Source: a virus (taxonomy: Duplodnaviria; Caudoviricetes). From it: a stretch of 64,000 nucleotides of DNA. The notes under the pieces are model-generated. The model made no database searches. It worked only from the letters and a program-made list of their open reading frames with translations, and was not told where the DNA came from. The stretch lies in IMG/VR virus record IMGVR_UViG_3300032011_002031, positions 6,277 to 70,276 of that record. One strand, given 5' to 3'. Positions 29,421 to 38,266 of this stretch are shown piece by piece. A program made the translations under genes and the position numbers. The first letter of the stretch is position 1. Every line of letters starts with the position of its first letter.

Positions 29421-30161
29421 ATGATTAAATTAATGGATTTACTAAAAGAGGGTGTACAAGATAAAGGTATATTCAAAGCCGTATTTCTTGCAGGTGGACC
29501 TGGGAGTGGTAAAACTTATGCTGCCAAACAAATATTTGGTATACCTGATAGATTTAATATATCTATGAGTGGTATGAAGATGGTTAACTCGGATAAAGAG
29601 CTAAAGTTTTTATTAAATAAATTTGGATTTGGTACTGATTTAGATAAAATGCCTGATGAAGTATTTTTAAACTTAACAGGTGATGGGCCAGATGCAAGTG
29701 GATTAAGAAAGTTTTCAAAATCACTTACCAAACAAAGAATGAAATTATATCAACAAGGTAAGTTGGGTATGATAATAGATGGTACAGGCCACGATTTTGC
29801 TAAAATACAAAAAATGAAATCTGAGTTAGAAGCAGATGGATATGATACTTATATGTGTATGGTGAATACATCATTAGAGGTGGCACAAAAAAGAAATCAA
29901 GAAAGAGATAGAATACTACCACCAGATTTATTAGAGAAGAGTTGGAAAGATGTACAGAAAAATCTTGGTGCATTTCAATCATTATTTAAAAATAATTTCG
30001 TGATAGTTGATAATTCAAAACATCTATCCGATGAAGAAGCGGAGGCAAAATTTGTTCCATTGGTTACTAAAGTTGTTAGAAAGTTTGTTGCTAAACCTAT
30101 CAAAAACAAACTTGGAAAAAAGTGGGTTGAAAAACAAAAACTACTTAATAGGAGAAAATAA
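29421..30161 (+). CDS. P-loop kinase (zeta-toxin/polynucleotide kinase-like) with MIKLMDLLKE leader
   Basis: Walker A AGGPGSGKT, VNSD, IIDGT, lid RNQER; SD GGAG at 29411. Confidence 0.75.
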   Translation: MIKLMDLLKEGVQDKGIFKAVFLAGGPGSGKTYAAKQIFGIPDRFNISMSGMKMVNSDKELKFLLNKFGFGTDLDKMPDEVFLNLTGDGPDASGLRKFSKSLTKQRMKLYQQGKLGMIIDGTGHDFAKIQKMKSELEADGYDTYMCMVNTSLEVAQKRNQERDRILPPDLLEKSWKDVQKNLGAFQSLFKNNFVIVDNSKHLSDEEAEAKFVPLVTKVVRKFVAKPIKNKLGKKWVEKQKLLNRRK

Positions 30162-30162
30162 A

Positions 30163-30645
30163 ATGTTAACAACATTCGATGAGATTATAGAAGTAACACT
30201 ACACCACGAAGGCGGATATGTTCACGACCCAAGTGATTTAGGTGGTGAAACAAACTTCGGTATAGCAAAAAGATTTTATCCAGATGTAGATATTAAGAAC
30301 CTTGATAAAGAGGGTGCTAAAGAAATCTATAAAAAAGATTATTGGGATAAAAATAAGGTAGATGATTTATCAGATGATTTAAAACATATCTTTTTTGATA
30401 TGTGTGTGAATCAAGGTAGAGGAACTGCCGTAAAGATTTTACAACGAGCGTGTAATGCAAAGGGTGCTGATTTAGCTATTGATGGTGGATTTGGACCTGG
30501 TACAAAAAGTGCAGTAGATACATATAAACCATCACTTGGTAGAGTTCGTTGTTATAGATTAAAACATTATTATGATTTAGTAAATAGAAAACCAGAACAA
30601 GAACGCTTTTTGTATGGTTGGTTTAAACGAGCATTATCAGTATAG
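30163..30645 (+). CDS. Lysozyme, glycoside hydrolase family 108
   Basis: HEGGYVHDPSDLGGETNFGI, YW, VNQG, DGGFGPGT, GWFKR; SD GGAG 30151 supports ATG 30163. Confidence 0.85.
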   Translation: MLTTFDEIIEVTLHHEGGYVHDPSDLGGETNFGIAKRFYPDVDIKNLDKEGAKEIYKKDYWDKNKVDDLSDDLKHIFFDMCVNQGRGTAVKILQRACNAKGADLAIDGGFGPGTKSAVDTYKPSLGRVRCYRLKHYYDLVNRKPEQERFLYGWFKRALSV

Positions 30646-30655
30646 GAGATAAGAA

Positions 30656-30949
30656 ATGTCAGCATTAGGAATAAAAACAATGAGTGGAAGTTTCGTAAGT
30701 AGAACCGCAGGTTCATACTCTACTTCTGCAAAATTTAAACAAATAGAAACTGTCACGGCGGATACAGATTTTTACGCAACAGGTTCATTTGCAGGTTCAA
30801 AAGGATTCATAGTCCAAACTGCAGGAAATTCAGTAATAACACCAATTCAAGGTGATAGTATTGCTGCATCAGCAGTAACTGCAAAAACACTATATGAGAT
30901 TGGTGTGAACAGAGTTAGTGGTAGTGGATTAATTAGTCTACTTTATTAA
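30656..30949 (+). CDS. Hypothetical (possibly virion) protein
   Basis: AGGAG SD; Ser/Gly/Thr-rich composition like the structural genes. Confidence 0.6.
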   Translation: MSALGIKTMSGSFVSRTAGSYSTSAKFKQIETVTADTDFYATGSFAGSKGFIVQTAGNSVITPIQGDSIAASAVTAKTLYEIGVNRVSGSGLISLLY

Positions 30950-30951
30950 AA

Positions 30952-31269
30952 ATGGCAGGAGATTGCTATCAAGCCAATGGTAATTTTATCATTGAAAAAA
31001 TGGATGACAAACAATTTAAGTTGTGTCACGGAGTTGCTTTGTTAGCAAGTGATAAGAAACCTTATGGTCATTGTTGGATAGAGAAAGGAAGTATGGTAAT
31101 GGATTTTTCTAATGGAAAAAAACTGGCATTACAAAAGAAAAAATATTACGAATTAGGTGGAATACCCGTAAAGGGATATCCAGTCTATAAATATACAGGT
31201 AGAGAAGCGGCAACACAAATGGTAAAATTAGGACATTGGGGACCTTGGGAATCCAAACCACCGAGATAA
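30952..31269 (+). CDS. Hypothetical protein with Cys/His motifs (possible papain/transglutaminase-like fold)
   Basis: GDCY ... HG ... GHCWIE. Confidence 0.4.
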   Translation: MAGDCYQANGNFIIEKMDDKQFKLCHGVALLASDKKPYGHCWIEKGSMVMDFSNGKKLALQKKKYYELGGIPVKGYPVYKYTGREAATQMVKLGHWGPWESKPPR

Positions 31270-31272
31270 ATT

Positions 31273-32364
31273 ATGAGAACATTTCACATAGATGAACCAA
31301 GAGAAATTGGAAAAAAGAAAGATAGATTATCATCAAGAGAAAAGATGATGGTTAAGAATGATATATTAGAACGATTAGCACACGAGAATACTTGTGTTAA
31401 TTGTGGTGATATTGTTAATGAAGATTTAAGAAAATGGTTTAAAGATAAATGGGTAAACATCGGTAAAAAGAAAAAAGGCGGTGGACACCCACCTTGTGGT
31501 ACGAGTGGTAAAAAAAGGGGATATGCAAAATGTGTTCCTAAAAGTAAAGCTGCTAGTATGAGTAAGAAAGATAAAAAAAGTGCAACTCGTAGAAAAAGAG
31601 CAGCACAAAACAAAGCAAATCGTGGTGGAACTGATTCCACGAGGGGTGGTGGTAAAAAACCAATCAATGTAAAAACGAAAGCGGAGAACATAATGAAGTT
31701 AGAAGAATTAGTAGGAAAAAGAATCACAGAAGCTCAATTTGATGAGGCTGCTGGTGAAAAGGATGCGTGTTATCATAAAGTAAAATCTCGTTATGATGTA
31801 TGGCCTTCCGCTTACGCTAGTGGTGCATTGGTAAAATGTAGAAAAGTTGGTGCAAAGAATTGGGGTAACAAATCTAAGAAAGAAAATGTAAAAGAAACTA
31901 AGGTTTGGAGTCTTGATGAAAAGTGTTGGAAAGGATATGAGAAAAAAGGAACAAAGAAAATGTTTGGTAAAACATATCCTAATTGTGTAAAGAAAGAGGG
32001 TGTTCAAACTAATGTTTGGTTAGGTGAAAACGAACTCTATTACGAATCCAATACAGGTGAATCTGGTGGATACACATTTGAATTTATTGATAATAATAAT
32101 TTACAAGAAGCAGAATATCAAGGAAGAAAAGTAAAACTTGGTAAGATTATGCAAGGTGATGTTAAAAAGTTTAAAGTATATGTTAACAATCCAAAAGGAA
32201 ATGTTGTTAAAGTAAACTTCGGACAGGGTGGAGATGCTAAGGGTGGAACTATGAGAATTAGAAAATCCAATCCTAAAGCTCGTAAATCATTTAGAGCAAG
32301 ACATAATTGTGATAGTCCAGGTCCAAGACATAAAGCTCGTTACTGGTCGTGTAGGAAGTGGTAG
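31273..32364 (+). CDS. Modular basic Cys/Trp-rich phage protein
   Basis: Short modules (LRKWFKDKWV..PCG; DACYHKVK..WPSAYASG; KCWKGY..PNCV; EYQGRKVKL..YWSC) separated by VNE, ITE, LDE, LQE. Confidence 0.65.
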   Translation: MRTFHIDEPREIGKKKDRLSSREKMMVKNDILERLAHENTCVNCGDIVNEDLRKWFKDKWVNIGKKKKGGGHPPCGTSGKKRGYAKCVPKSKAASMSKKDKKSATRRKRAAQNKANRGGTDSTRGGGKKPINVKTKAENIMKLEELVGKRITEAQFDEAAGEKDACYHKVKSRYDVWPSAYASGALVKCRKVGAKNWGNKSKKENVKETKVWSLDEKCWKGYEKKGTKKMFGKTYPNCVKKEGVQTNVWLGENELYYESNTGESGGYTFEFIDNNNLQEAEYQGRKVKLGKIMQGDVKKFKVYVNNPKGNVVKVNFGQGGDAKGGTMRIRKSNPKARKSFRARHNCDSPGPRHKARYWSCRKW

Positions 32365-32365
32365 A

Positions 32366-35300
32366 GTGTCTCTTCTAACAGAATGGCTAATTAAACCACT
32401 AACAGAAGATGTAAAGTTACCAATAGAAGTAGGTGATACTGTCTTGATGGGTAGGTTTAAAAATAAAAAAGTTACTGTCAAGAGTATTGATTATAACGAA
32501 AAGGGTGATTTATTAATCAATGGTAGACCTGCATTAAAATTCAGATTAACTAAACAAAATGGTAAGAAACTATTACCACAGAAAACTACAGATAAGGGTT
32601 CAGTTGCAAAAGACCCAGATATGAGAGGTGCAGAATTTAAAGGTATTCGTGCTAATAAAAAAGAAAATGTTAATGAAAATAAAATAACCATTAATGTACC
32701 TGGTGATATAAAAGGGTTACATCGTCTATTCAAGAAAAACAAAAAACAATTATACATAGTGGGTGGTGCAGTTCGTGATGCAATACTTGGTAAGAAACCA
32801 AAAGATTTTGATTTAGCTACAGATGCAAAACCAGATGAAGTATTGAAGATTGCAAAGAGTGGTGGATTCAAAACATATGAGGTTGGTAAATCATTTGGAG
32901 TAGTGGTTGTGGGTGGACACGAGATTGCAACATTCAGAAAAGATATTGGTAAAGGTCGTAGACCAGATGCAGTTGATTTCTCTGATATACAAGGTGATGT
33001 CAAACGAAGAGATTTAACTATTAATGCTATGTTCTATGATATAGGAAGTAATGAAGTTGTAGATTTGACTGGTGGATTAAAAGATTTAAAAGCAAAAATA
33101 ATAAAAACAGTCGGTAATCCTAATCGTAGGTTTGACGAAGACCCATTAAGAAAATTAAGAGCACTAAGATTTCAGGCAGTTGTTGGTGGTAAGATGGATA
33201 AAGAAACAGAAATGGCTTTATTAAAGAATCCAAGTTTAAAGGGTGTTAGTTTTGAAAGAATTAGAGAAGAGTTTGTAAAGGGAATTGAAAAGGGAAAATC
33301 ACCTAAATTATTTATGGAAGCTTGTGATAAGTTTGGATTTACAAAACAAATATTTCCCAAGTTAAATATAGCAAAACCTTATCCACAAGTCAAGGATTAT
33401 GTTTTATTTATTGCATCTATTTTAAGAAACAATAAAGTACAAAAATTAGGTAAACAATTAAACGCATTAAAGTATAGTGCAAAAGATGCTAATAATATTC
33501 AGTTTTTAGTTTATTTAAAAAACTTTAAACCAGAAAACATTTATATGATAAAGAAGGCACAAGATAAAACCACACTAACACCAAGACAAATTGTTGTGTG
33601 GGGTGGAATGATTGGTAAAGATTTTAGAAAACTTGCTACATTTAAATTAAGTGTGAAGGCAGGTGGTGATGAATTTATAGGATTAAAAGGTAAAGAGATT
33701 GGTGATAAGATAAAAGAATTAGAGAAGAAAAAATTCTTAAATGAAATGATTCCATCACCAAGTAGAAAGGGTATTAATAAAAACAAAACTGATAGAATGA
33801 GTGGATATAAAAAAGTAGAGGAAATAGCAGTTCGTAAGAAACCTAAAACATTCAGAGATATTTATAATTCAATTCCAATAGATTTAAAGAAACGAGTTAT
33901 GAACCTTAAAAACTTTGACCAACGAAGAGATGCTCATCCAGAGGGTAATGTTTTAAAACATACCATTGCTGTAACTAACAGAGCATTAAAAACAGGTGAT
34001 ATAGATTTTGCTCTATCAGCATTGTTTCACGATATAGGAAAAGATTCAACCGCAAAGATACATCCAAAGAAAGGTTTCTGGACACATTATGGACACGAGA
34101 AGGTTTCTGCTAAACTTGTATTGAAACACAAGAAGTGGATACAATCATTGGGTGGTGATGTTGATGATATACATTACATAGTAAAGAATCATATGAGAAT
34201 GAAAGTATTTGATAAGATGAGATGGCATAAACAAGATAAGATGAGGAAAGATAAAGCATTTGGTAAGTTACAAAAATTTACTACATTCGATAAAGGTGGT
34301 AGGGGTATAAGTGATGGTAAAATAAATAAAAAAACACTTGACTCTTATATGGAAAATGTCGTATATTCTATCATAGAAGATGGGGATTTTGCAATCAATT
34401 TGAACGAGAATAAGATTAAAAAAGTAATAGGTATTTATGGTGGAAGATTTCAACCATATGGTCCACATCATCACAAAACATTTAAATGGTTACAATCTAA
34501 AGTTGATGATGCATATATTACTACATCTGATATAAAGAAACCACCAAGACACCCAATGAACTTTCAAGAGAAAGCAAGACATATGGCAAAGATGGGTGTA
34601 CCAAAAAATAAAATTAGAAAAGAAAAAGTACCTTTAGTTTCAAAAGAGTTACTTAAAAAGTTTGACCCAAAAACTACCGCAGTTGTTTATATCTTTGGAG
34701 CAAAAGATGCTGGTAGATTAAGTGGTGGTAAAAAGAAAGATGGTTCACCTGGATACTTTCAAGATTACAAAAAGAATATACGAAACATAAAGGGGTACGA
34801 AGAACACGGATACTTTTTAGTTGCACCGCATGTAAGTATGAAAATCGGTAGTAATGAGGTATCAGGTACTACTATGAGAAATATATTAGGTTCACCTAAG
34901 ATTAAAGATGAGGATAGACCTAAAGTATTTAAAAAGTTATTTGGATACTACGATAAGGGTTTATATAATATGATGACTAATAAATTCAAAAAGTTATTTG
35001 AATTTTATAATCAATCATCAGTAAAAAATATATTAAAAGAAGTAAGTGCACTTGGAGATACTGTCACACCAAGTGATTTGGATGATGAGGGATTATATGA
35101 TTTCTTTAATTCATTCGGAGATTATAAAAGAATATCACCAAAACACGCAGAAATATTAGGATGGGAAGTAGTAGGTGACATAATTGGTAAAAATGCAAAA
35201 GACCCAGGTTTTGATTTCACCACATCAACGATAAGTAGAGTAGATACAGTCACATTTGGTAAAACGATAAATCAAAATACATCTAATACTGATAGTGTGA

Positions 35301-36769
35301 GTAATCCATTTCCAAAATACCAAAAGTATATGAAAGGTATTGTTGATAAGATGGGGTGGGAAATTGTAAAGTTCTTTGGTAGTAATAAACATAATAAAGG
35401 ATTTGATGATTCACCTATACACGATATGGGAACTGCAACTGCAGGTAAAAAGAATACAGAGAAACCAGAGGACCCTAAAAAATTAAAAGATTTTCACGAA
35501 ATAATTGATATAACAGAACAAACAAAGGAGTTATTACTTATGGGAGGAGCATATGGACATATGAGTCATCCTTTTGATGATAATAATCTTACATTTTCAG
35601 ACTTGAAACAGATAGTTATTAATGGCTTGGGAGGCAAGTTAGACAGAGAAGATGGAGTTACAGAAAAACTTGATGGACAGAATCTAATGGTAAGTTGGAT
35701 TGATGGGAAGTTAAGAGCAGCTCGTAACAAAGGACATATAAAGAACTTTGGAAAAACTGCACCAACCACGAATGGAATAAAATCTATGTTTAGTGGTAGG
35801 GGTAATATAGAAAAAGCCTTTGTAGGTGCGATGAAAGATTTAGAGAAATCTATAGGTAGTTTAAATGATAAACAAAAAGATAAAGTTTTCGGTAATGGAA
35901 AACGATGGATGAATTTAGAGGTTATGTATCCAGCAACAGCAAATGTAGTAGATTACGATGTAGCAGAAATAGTGTTTCACGGAACATTAGAGTATGATGA
36001 GAGTGGTAGACCAGTTGGTCAACCTAAAGATAGTGCTCGTATGTTGGCAGGTATGATTAAACAAACAAACAACCATATACAAAAAATGTTCAAGATTGGT
36101 AAACCAAATTTTTTAAGTGTACCTAAACATCAAGATTTTGGAAAGATGAAAAATAAATATTTAGGACAATTAAAAAAACTACAATCACAATATGGATTAA
36201 GTGATAAGGATACATTAGGTGAATATCACGAATCATATTGGAGAGAGTATGTATTCAATGCATCAAAACAATTTGGTGTAAAATTAAAACCAGCACAATT
36301 TGCTAAATTAATTAGAAGATGGGCATACTTTGATAAAGGATATAAAATACCAGAAATTAAAAAAGATTATAAAGACCATCCTAAATTTTTAGATTGGATA
36401 ACATCTACAGATAAACAAGACCATACTAAGATATTTAAACAAAATATAAAACCATTTGAGATATTGTTCTTCTCAGTAGGTGCAGAAATACTCAAAAATA
36501 TAAGTGGGTATATGGCAGTTAATCCAAATAAAACAATTCAGAAGATGAGAAAAGAAATGATTAGTGCAATGAAAGATTTGCAAAAACCAGATAAAATAGA
36601 AAAACTAAAAAAGTTAAAAATACAAATTGAAAAACTACAGAAGATTGGTGGTTTAGATGCAATAGTACCAAGTGAGGGTATAGTGTTTAAGTATAAAGGA
36701 AACACATATAAGTTTACAGGTGCATTTGCTCCAATCAATCAAATACTTGGTAGTATAAAATTTGGATAA
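32366..36769 (+). CDS. Polyprotein: small N-domain + CCA-adding enzyme + HD phosphohydrolase + HIGH-family nucleotidyltransferase + unknown domain + ATP-dependent ligase-like domain
   Basis: CCA class II: VGGAVRD, DFDLATD, RRDLTINA, FDEDPLRKLRALRF, ERIREE. HD: HPEG..H, FHDIGK, GHE, H. NTase: GGRFQP, SGTTMR. Ligase: TEKLDG, NLE, VFH, EGIVFK..YK. GTG 32366 (2 nt after the upstream stop) preferred over 32309. Confidence 0.85.
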   Translation: MSLLTEWLIKPLTEDVKLPIEVGDTVLMGRFKNKKVTVKSIDYNEKGDLLINGRPALKFRLTKQNGKKLLPQKTTDKGSVAKDPDMRGAEFKGIRANKKENVNENKITINVPGDIKGLHRLFKKNKKQLYIVGGAVRDAILGKKPKDFDLATDAKPDEVLKIAKSGGFKTYEVGKSFGVVVVGGHEIATFRKDIGKGRRPDAVDFSDIQGDVKRRDLTINAMFYDIGSNEVVDLTGGLKDLKAKIIKTVGNPNRRFDEDPLRKLRALRFQAVVGGKMDKETEMALLKNPSLKGVSFERIREEFVKGIEKGKSPKLFMEACDKFGFTKQIFPKLNIAKPYPQVKDYVLFIASILRNNKVQKLGKQLNALKYSAKDANNIQFLVYLKNFKPENIYMIKKAQDKTTLTPRQIVVWGGMIGKDFRKLATFKLSVKAGGDEFIGLKGKEIGDKIKELEKKKFLNEMIPSPSRKGINKNKTDRMSGYKKVEEIAVRKKPKTFRDIYNSIPIDLKKRVMNLKNFDQRRDAHPEGNVLKHTIAVTNRALKTGDIDFALSALFHDIGKDSTAKIHPKKGFWTHYGHEKVSAKLVLKHKKWIQSLGGDVDDIHYIVKNHMRMKVFDKMRWHKQDKMRKDKAFGKLQKFTTFDKGGRGISDGKINKKTLDSYMENVVYSIIEDGDFAINLNENKIKKVIGIYGGRFQPYGPHHHKTFKWLQSKVDDAYITTSDIKKPPRHPMNFQEKARHMAKMGVPKNKIRKEKVPLVSKELLKKFDPKTTAVVYIFGAKDAGRLSGGKKKDGSPGYFQDYKKNIRNIKGYEEHGYFLVAPHVSMKIGSNEVSGTTMRNILGSPKIKDEDRPKVFKKLFGYYDKGLYNMMTNKFKKLFEFYNQSSVKNILKEVSALGDTVTPSDLDDEGLYDFFNSFGDYKRISPKHAEILGWEVVGDIIGKNAKDPGFDFTTSTISRVDTVTFGKTINQNTSNTDSVSNPFPKYQKYMKGIVDKMGWEIVKFFGSNKHNKGFDDSPIHDMGTATAGKKNTEKPEDPKKLKDFHEIIDITEQTKELLLMGGAYGHMSHPFDDNNLTFSDLKQIVINGLGGKLDREDGVTEKLDGQNLMVSWIDGKLRAARNKGHIKNFGKTAPTTNGIKSMFSGRGNIEKAFVGAMKDLEKSIGSLNDKQKDKVFGNGKRWMNLEVMYPATANVVDYDVAEIVFHGTLEYDESGRPVGQPKDSARMLAGMIKQTNNHIQKMFKIGKPNFLSVPKHQDFGKMKNKYLGQLKKLQSQYGLSDKDTLGEYHESYWREYVFNASKQFGVKLKPAQFAKLIRRWAYFDKGYKIPEIKKDYKDHPKFLDWITSTDKQDHTKIFKQNIKPFEILFFSVGAEILKNISGYMAVNPNKTIQKMRKEMISAMKDLQKPDKIEKLKKLKIQIEKLQKIGGLDAIVPSEGIVFKYKGNTYKFTGAFAPINQILGSIKFG

Positions 36770-36778
36770 GGAGTTATA

Positions 36779-37357
36779 ATGGCAAGTAAATCTAAAGATA
36801 TGGAAAGACAAAATAAAGCATTAGCTGATTTGATGTCTGGAAAAGAATATGTTAAAGACTATGTTCAAGTAGGATACGAGGGTAAACAAGAAAATCTTGG
36901 TGGAAAAACAAGAGAATCTAATTTAAGTAAAGTAATGCAATCAGCAAGAATGCCTTGGTTTTGTCCAACTTGTAAAAAAGCTATGAAGAAAAAACTTGAT
37001 GATAAGTTTTGGAGAACTAAAGGACATTGTTTTGATTGTCAAATTGAGTTTGAAAACAAACTTAGAGTGAAAGGTGAATTTGAAAACTATGCAAGGACAC
37101 TTGAGATAGAGAATAGAAAGTCCTATGTAAAAGATTTAAAACAATCTCTTGTGGAATTTGAATCTACAGATGGTAAGGCAACATTTTTTAATTCAGTAGG
37201 TGTACAAGATATCGAACTTGAAAAAGAAAAGTGGGATATGGGACAGGAAAAATTTGAAACAATGGTTAAAGAAGCAAAAGAACATATAGATAAAATAGAA
37301 AAGGCTATAGATGAAGAGCAAAAAGAACTTGATTCTGCCAGAGCAGATAGTACTTGA
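36779..37357 (+). CDS. Hypothetical protein with CxxC..CxxC zinc finger
   Basis: CPTC and CFDC; AAGGAG SD. Confidence 0.65.
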   Translation: MASKSKDMERQNKALADLMSGKEYVKDYVQVGYEGKQENLGGKTRESNLSKVMQSARMPWFCPTCKKAMKKKLDDKFWRTKGHCFDCQIEFENKLRVKGEFENYARTLEIENRKSYVKDLKQSLVEFESTDGKATFFNSVGVQDIELEKEKWDMGQEKFETMVKEAKEHIDKIEKAIDEEQKELDSARADST

Positions 37358-37583
37358 TTTGATGGCATTAACTTCACGATTGGGTGAGATTGCCGTAGAT
37401 TATAATAACAAAATTGGTGGTGAAGAAACTAATTCATTAGTAAATCTTTACACGAGGGTAGTAAAAAAACTTATGAGTTTAGAATATGAAGATGTACGAC
37501 ATAAAGAAAAGTTTAATACATTTTCACTTGATGAACTCTTAGATAGTGCAGGAATAGATAAACCTAACAAGGGAGAAGAATAA
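37311..37583 (+). CDS. Hypothetical protein
   Basis: Fills the gap; its stop abuts the next ATG. Confidence 0.55.
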   Translation: MKSKKNLILPEQIVLDLMALTSRLGEIAVDYNNKIGGEETNSLVNLYTRVVKKLMSLEYEDVRHKEKFNTFSLDELLDSAGIDKPNKGEE

Positions 37584-37867
37584 TGATAGGTGGAATACTC
37601 AATTTTATATTGGGACTTTTTGGTGGAAAGAAAAAAGAAGAAATCAAAAAGTTAGATAAAGCAGTAGAAGTAAAAGAAAAAGAAGTAAAAGCTCTTGAAA
37701 AAGAGGTTGAGGTTCTTGAAAAGAAGAAAAAAGTTAACAAGAAAGAAGTTGGTAATCTTAAACGAAAAGTAACTAATACTAAAAAACAAATAATAAAAGC
37801 TAAAGAAGCATCAGATGTACAAGATGTTGATGAAGCATTAAAATATTTGAAGAAATTTAGTAAGTAA
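37583..37867 (+). CDS. N-terminal hydrophobic anchor + coiled-coil protein
   Basis: MIGGILNFILGLFGG followed by K/E-rich heptads. Confidence 0.55.
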   Translation: MIGGILNFILGLFGGKKKEEIKKLDKAVEVKEKEVKALEKEVEVLEKKKKVNKKEVGNLKRKVTNTKKQIIKAKEASDVQDVDEALKYLKKFSK

Positions 37868-37870
37868 CAC

Positions 37871-37878
37871 ATATTTAT
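37871..37878 (+). promoter_or_regulatory. ATATTTAT element 4 nt before ATG 37883 (no SD)
   Basis: Occupies a 15-nt intergenic gap. Confidence 0.5.
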
Positions 37879-37882
37879 ATAT

Positions 37883-38266
37883 ATGAAATATATTATATAC
37901 ATATTATTTTTGTTTAGTGTTCTTCTTGGTCAAACTGCAGAAGAAACCATAACTTTACCTAAAGTAGATGTAGTTGAGTGGGCAAATAAATTACAAGGGT
38001 TTGAAAAAGCCGATAGTTTATCTACAATTCTTATATCTGATTTAGAGAAGTCTATAATTTTGTTAGAAGAGAATGCATATATGGATTCTTTAATAATAGA
38101 AAAACGAGAACTTCAAATTTCGTTACTAAAGGATACAAATGAACTGATGGAACAGAAAGTTAAACTTGTTAAACCTAAGTGGCATGAAAATAAATGGTTA
38201 TGGTTTGTTTATGGTGTAGGTGCTACAGCAATTTCAGTTAACCTTGCAGGACAGATAACAAACTAA
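37883..38266 (+). CDS. Signal-peptide/coiled-coil protein with C-terminal hydrophobic segment
   Basis: MKYIIYILFLFSVLLG; coiled coil; WLWFVYGVGATAISV. Confidence 0.55.
   Translation: MKYIIYILFLFSVLLGQTAEETITLPKVDVVEWANKLQGFEKADSLSTILISDLEKSIILLEENAYMDSLIIEKRELQISLLKDTNELMEQKVKLVKPKWHENKWLWFVYGVGATAISVNLAGQITN

Noticed and set aside
30007-30162. N-terminal extension of the lysozyme ORF
   Set aside because: Overlaps the kinase gene; the SD and GH108 N-terminus support ATG 30163.
30163-30192. MLTTFDEIIE as a capsid-targeting leader on the lysozyme
   Set aside because: It matches the normal first helix preceding HEGGY in GH108 enzymes.
32309-32365. Track start of the polyprotein at GTG 32309
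   Set aside because: Overlaps the upstream gene by 56 nt; GTG 32366 right after the stop gives MSLLTE, consistent with the leader pattern.
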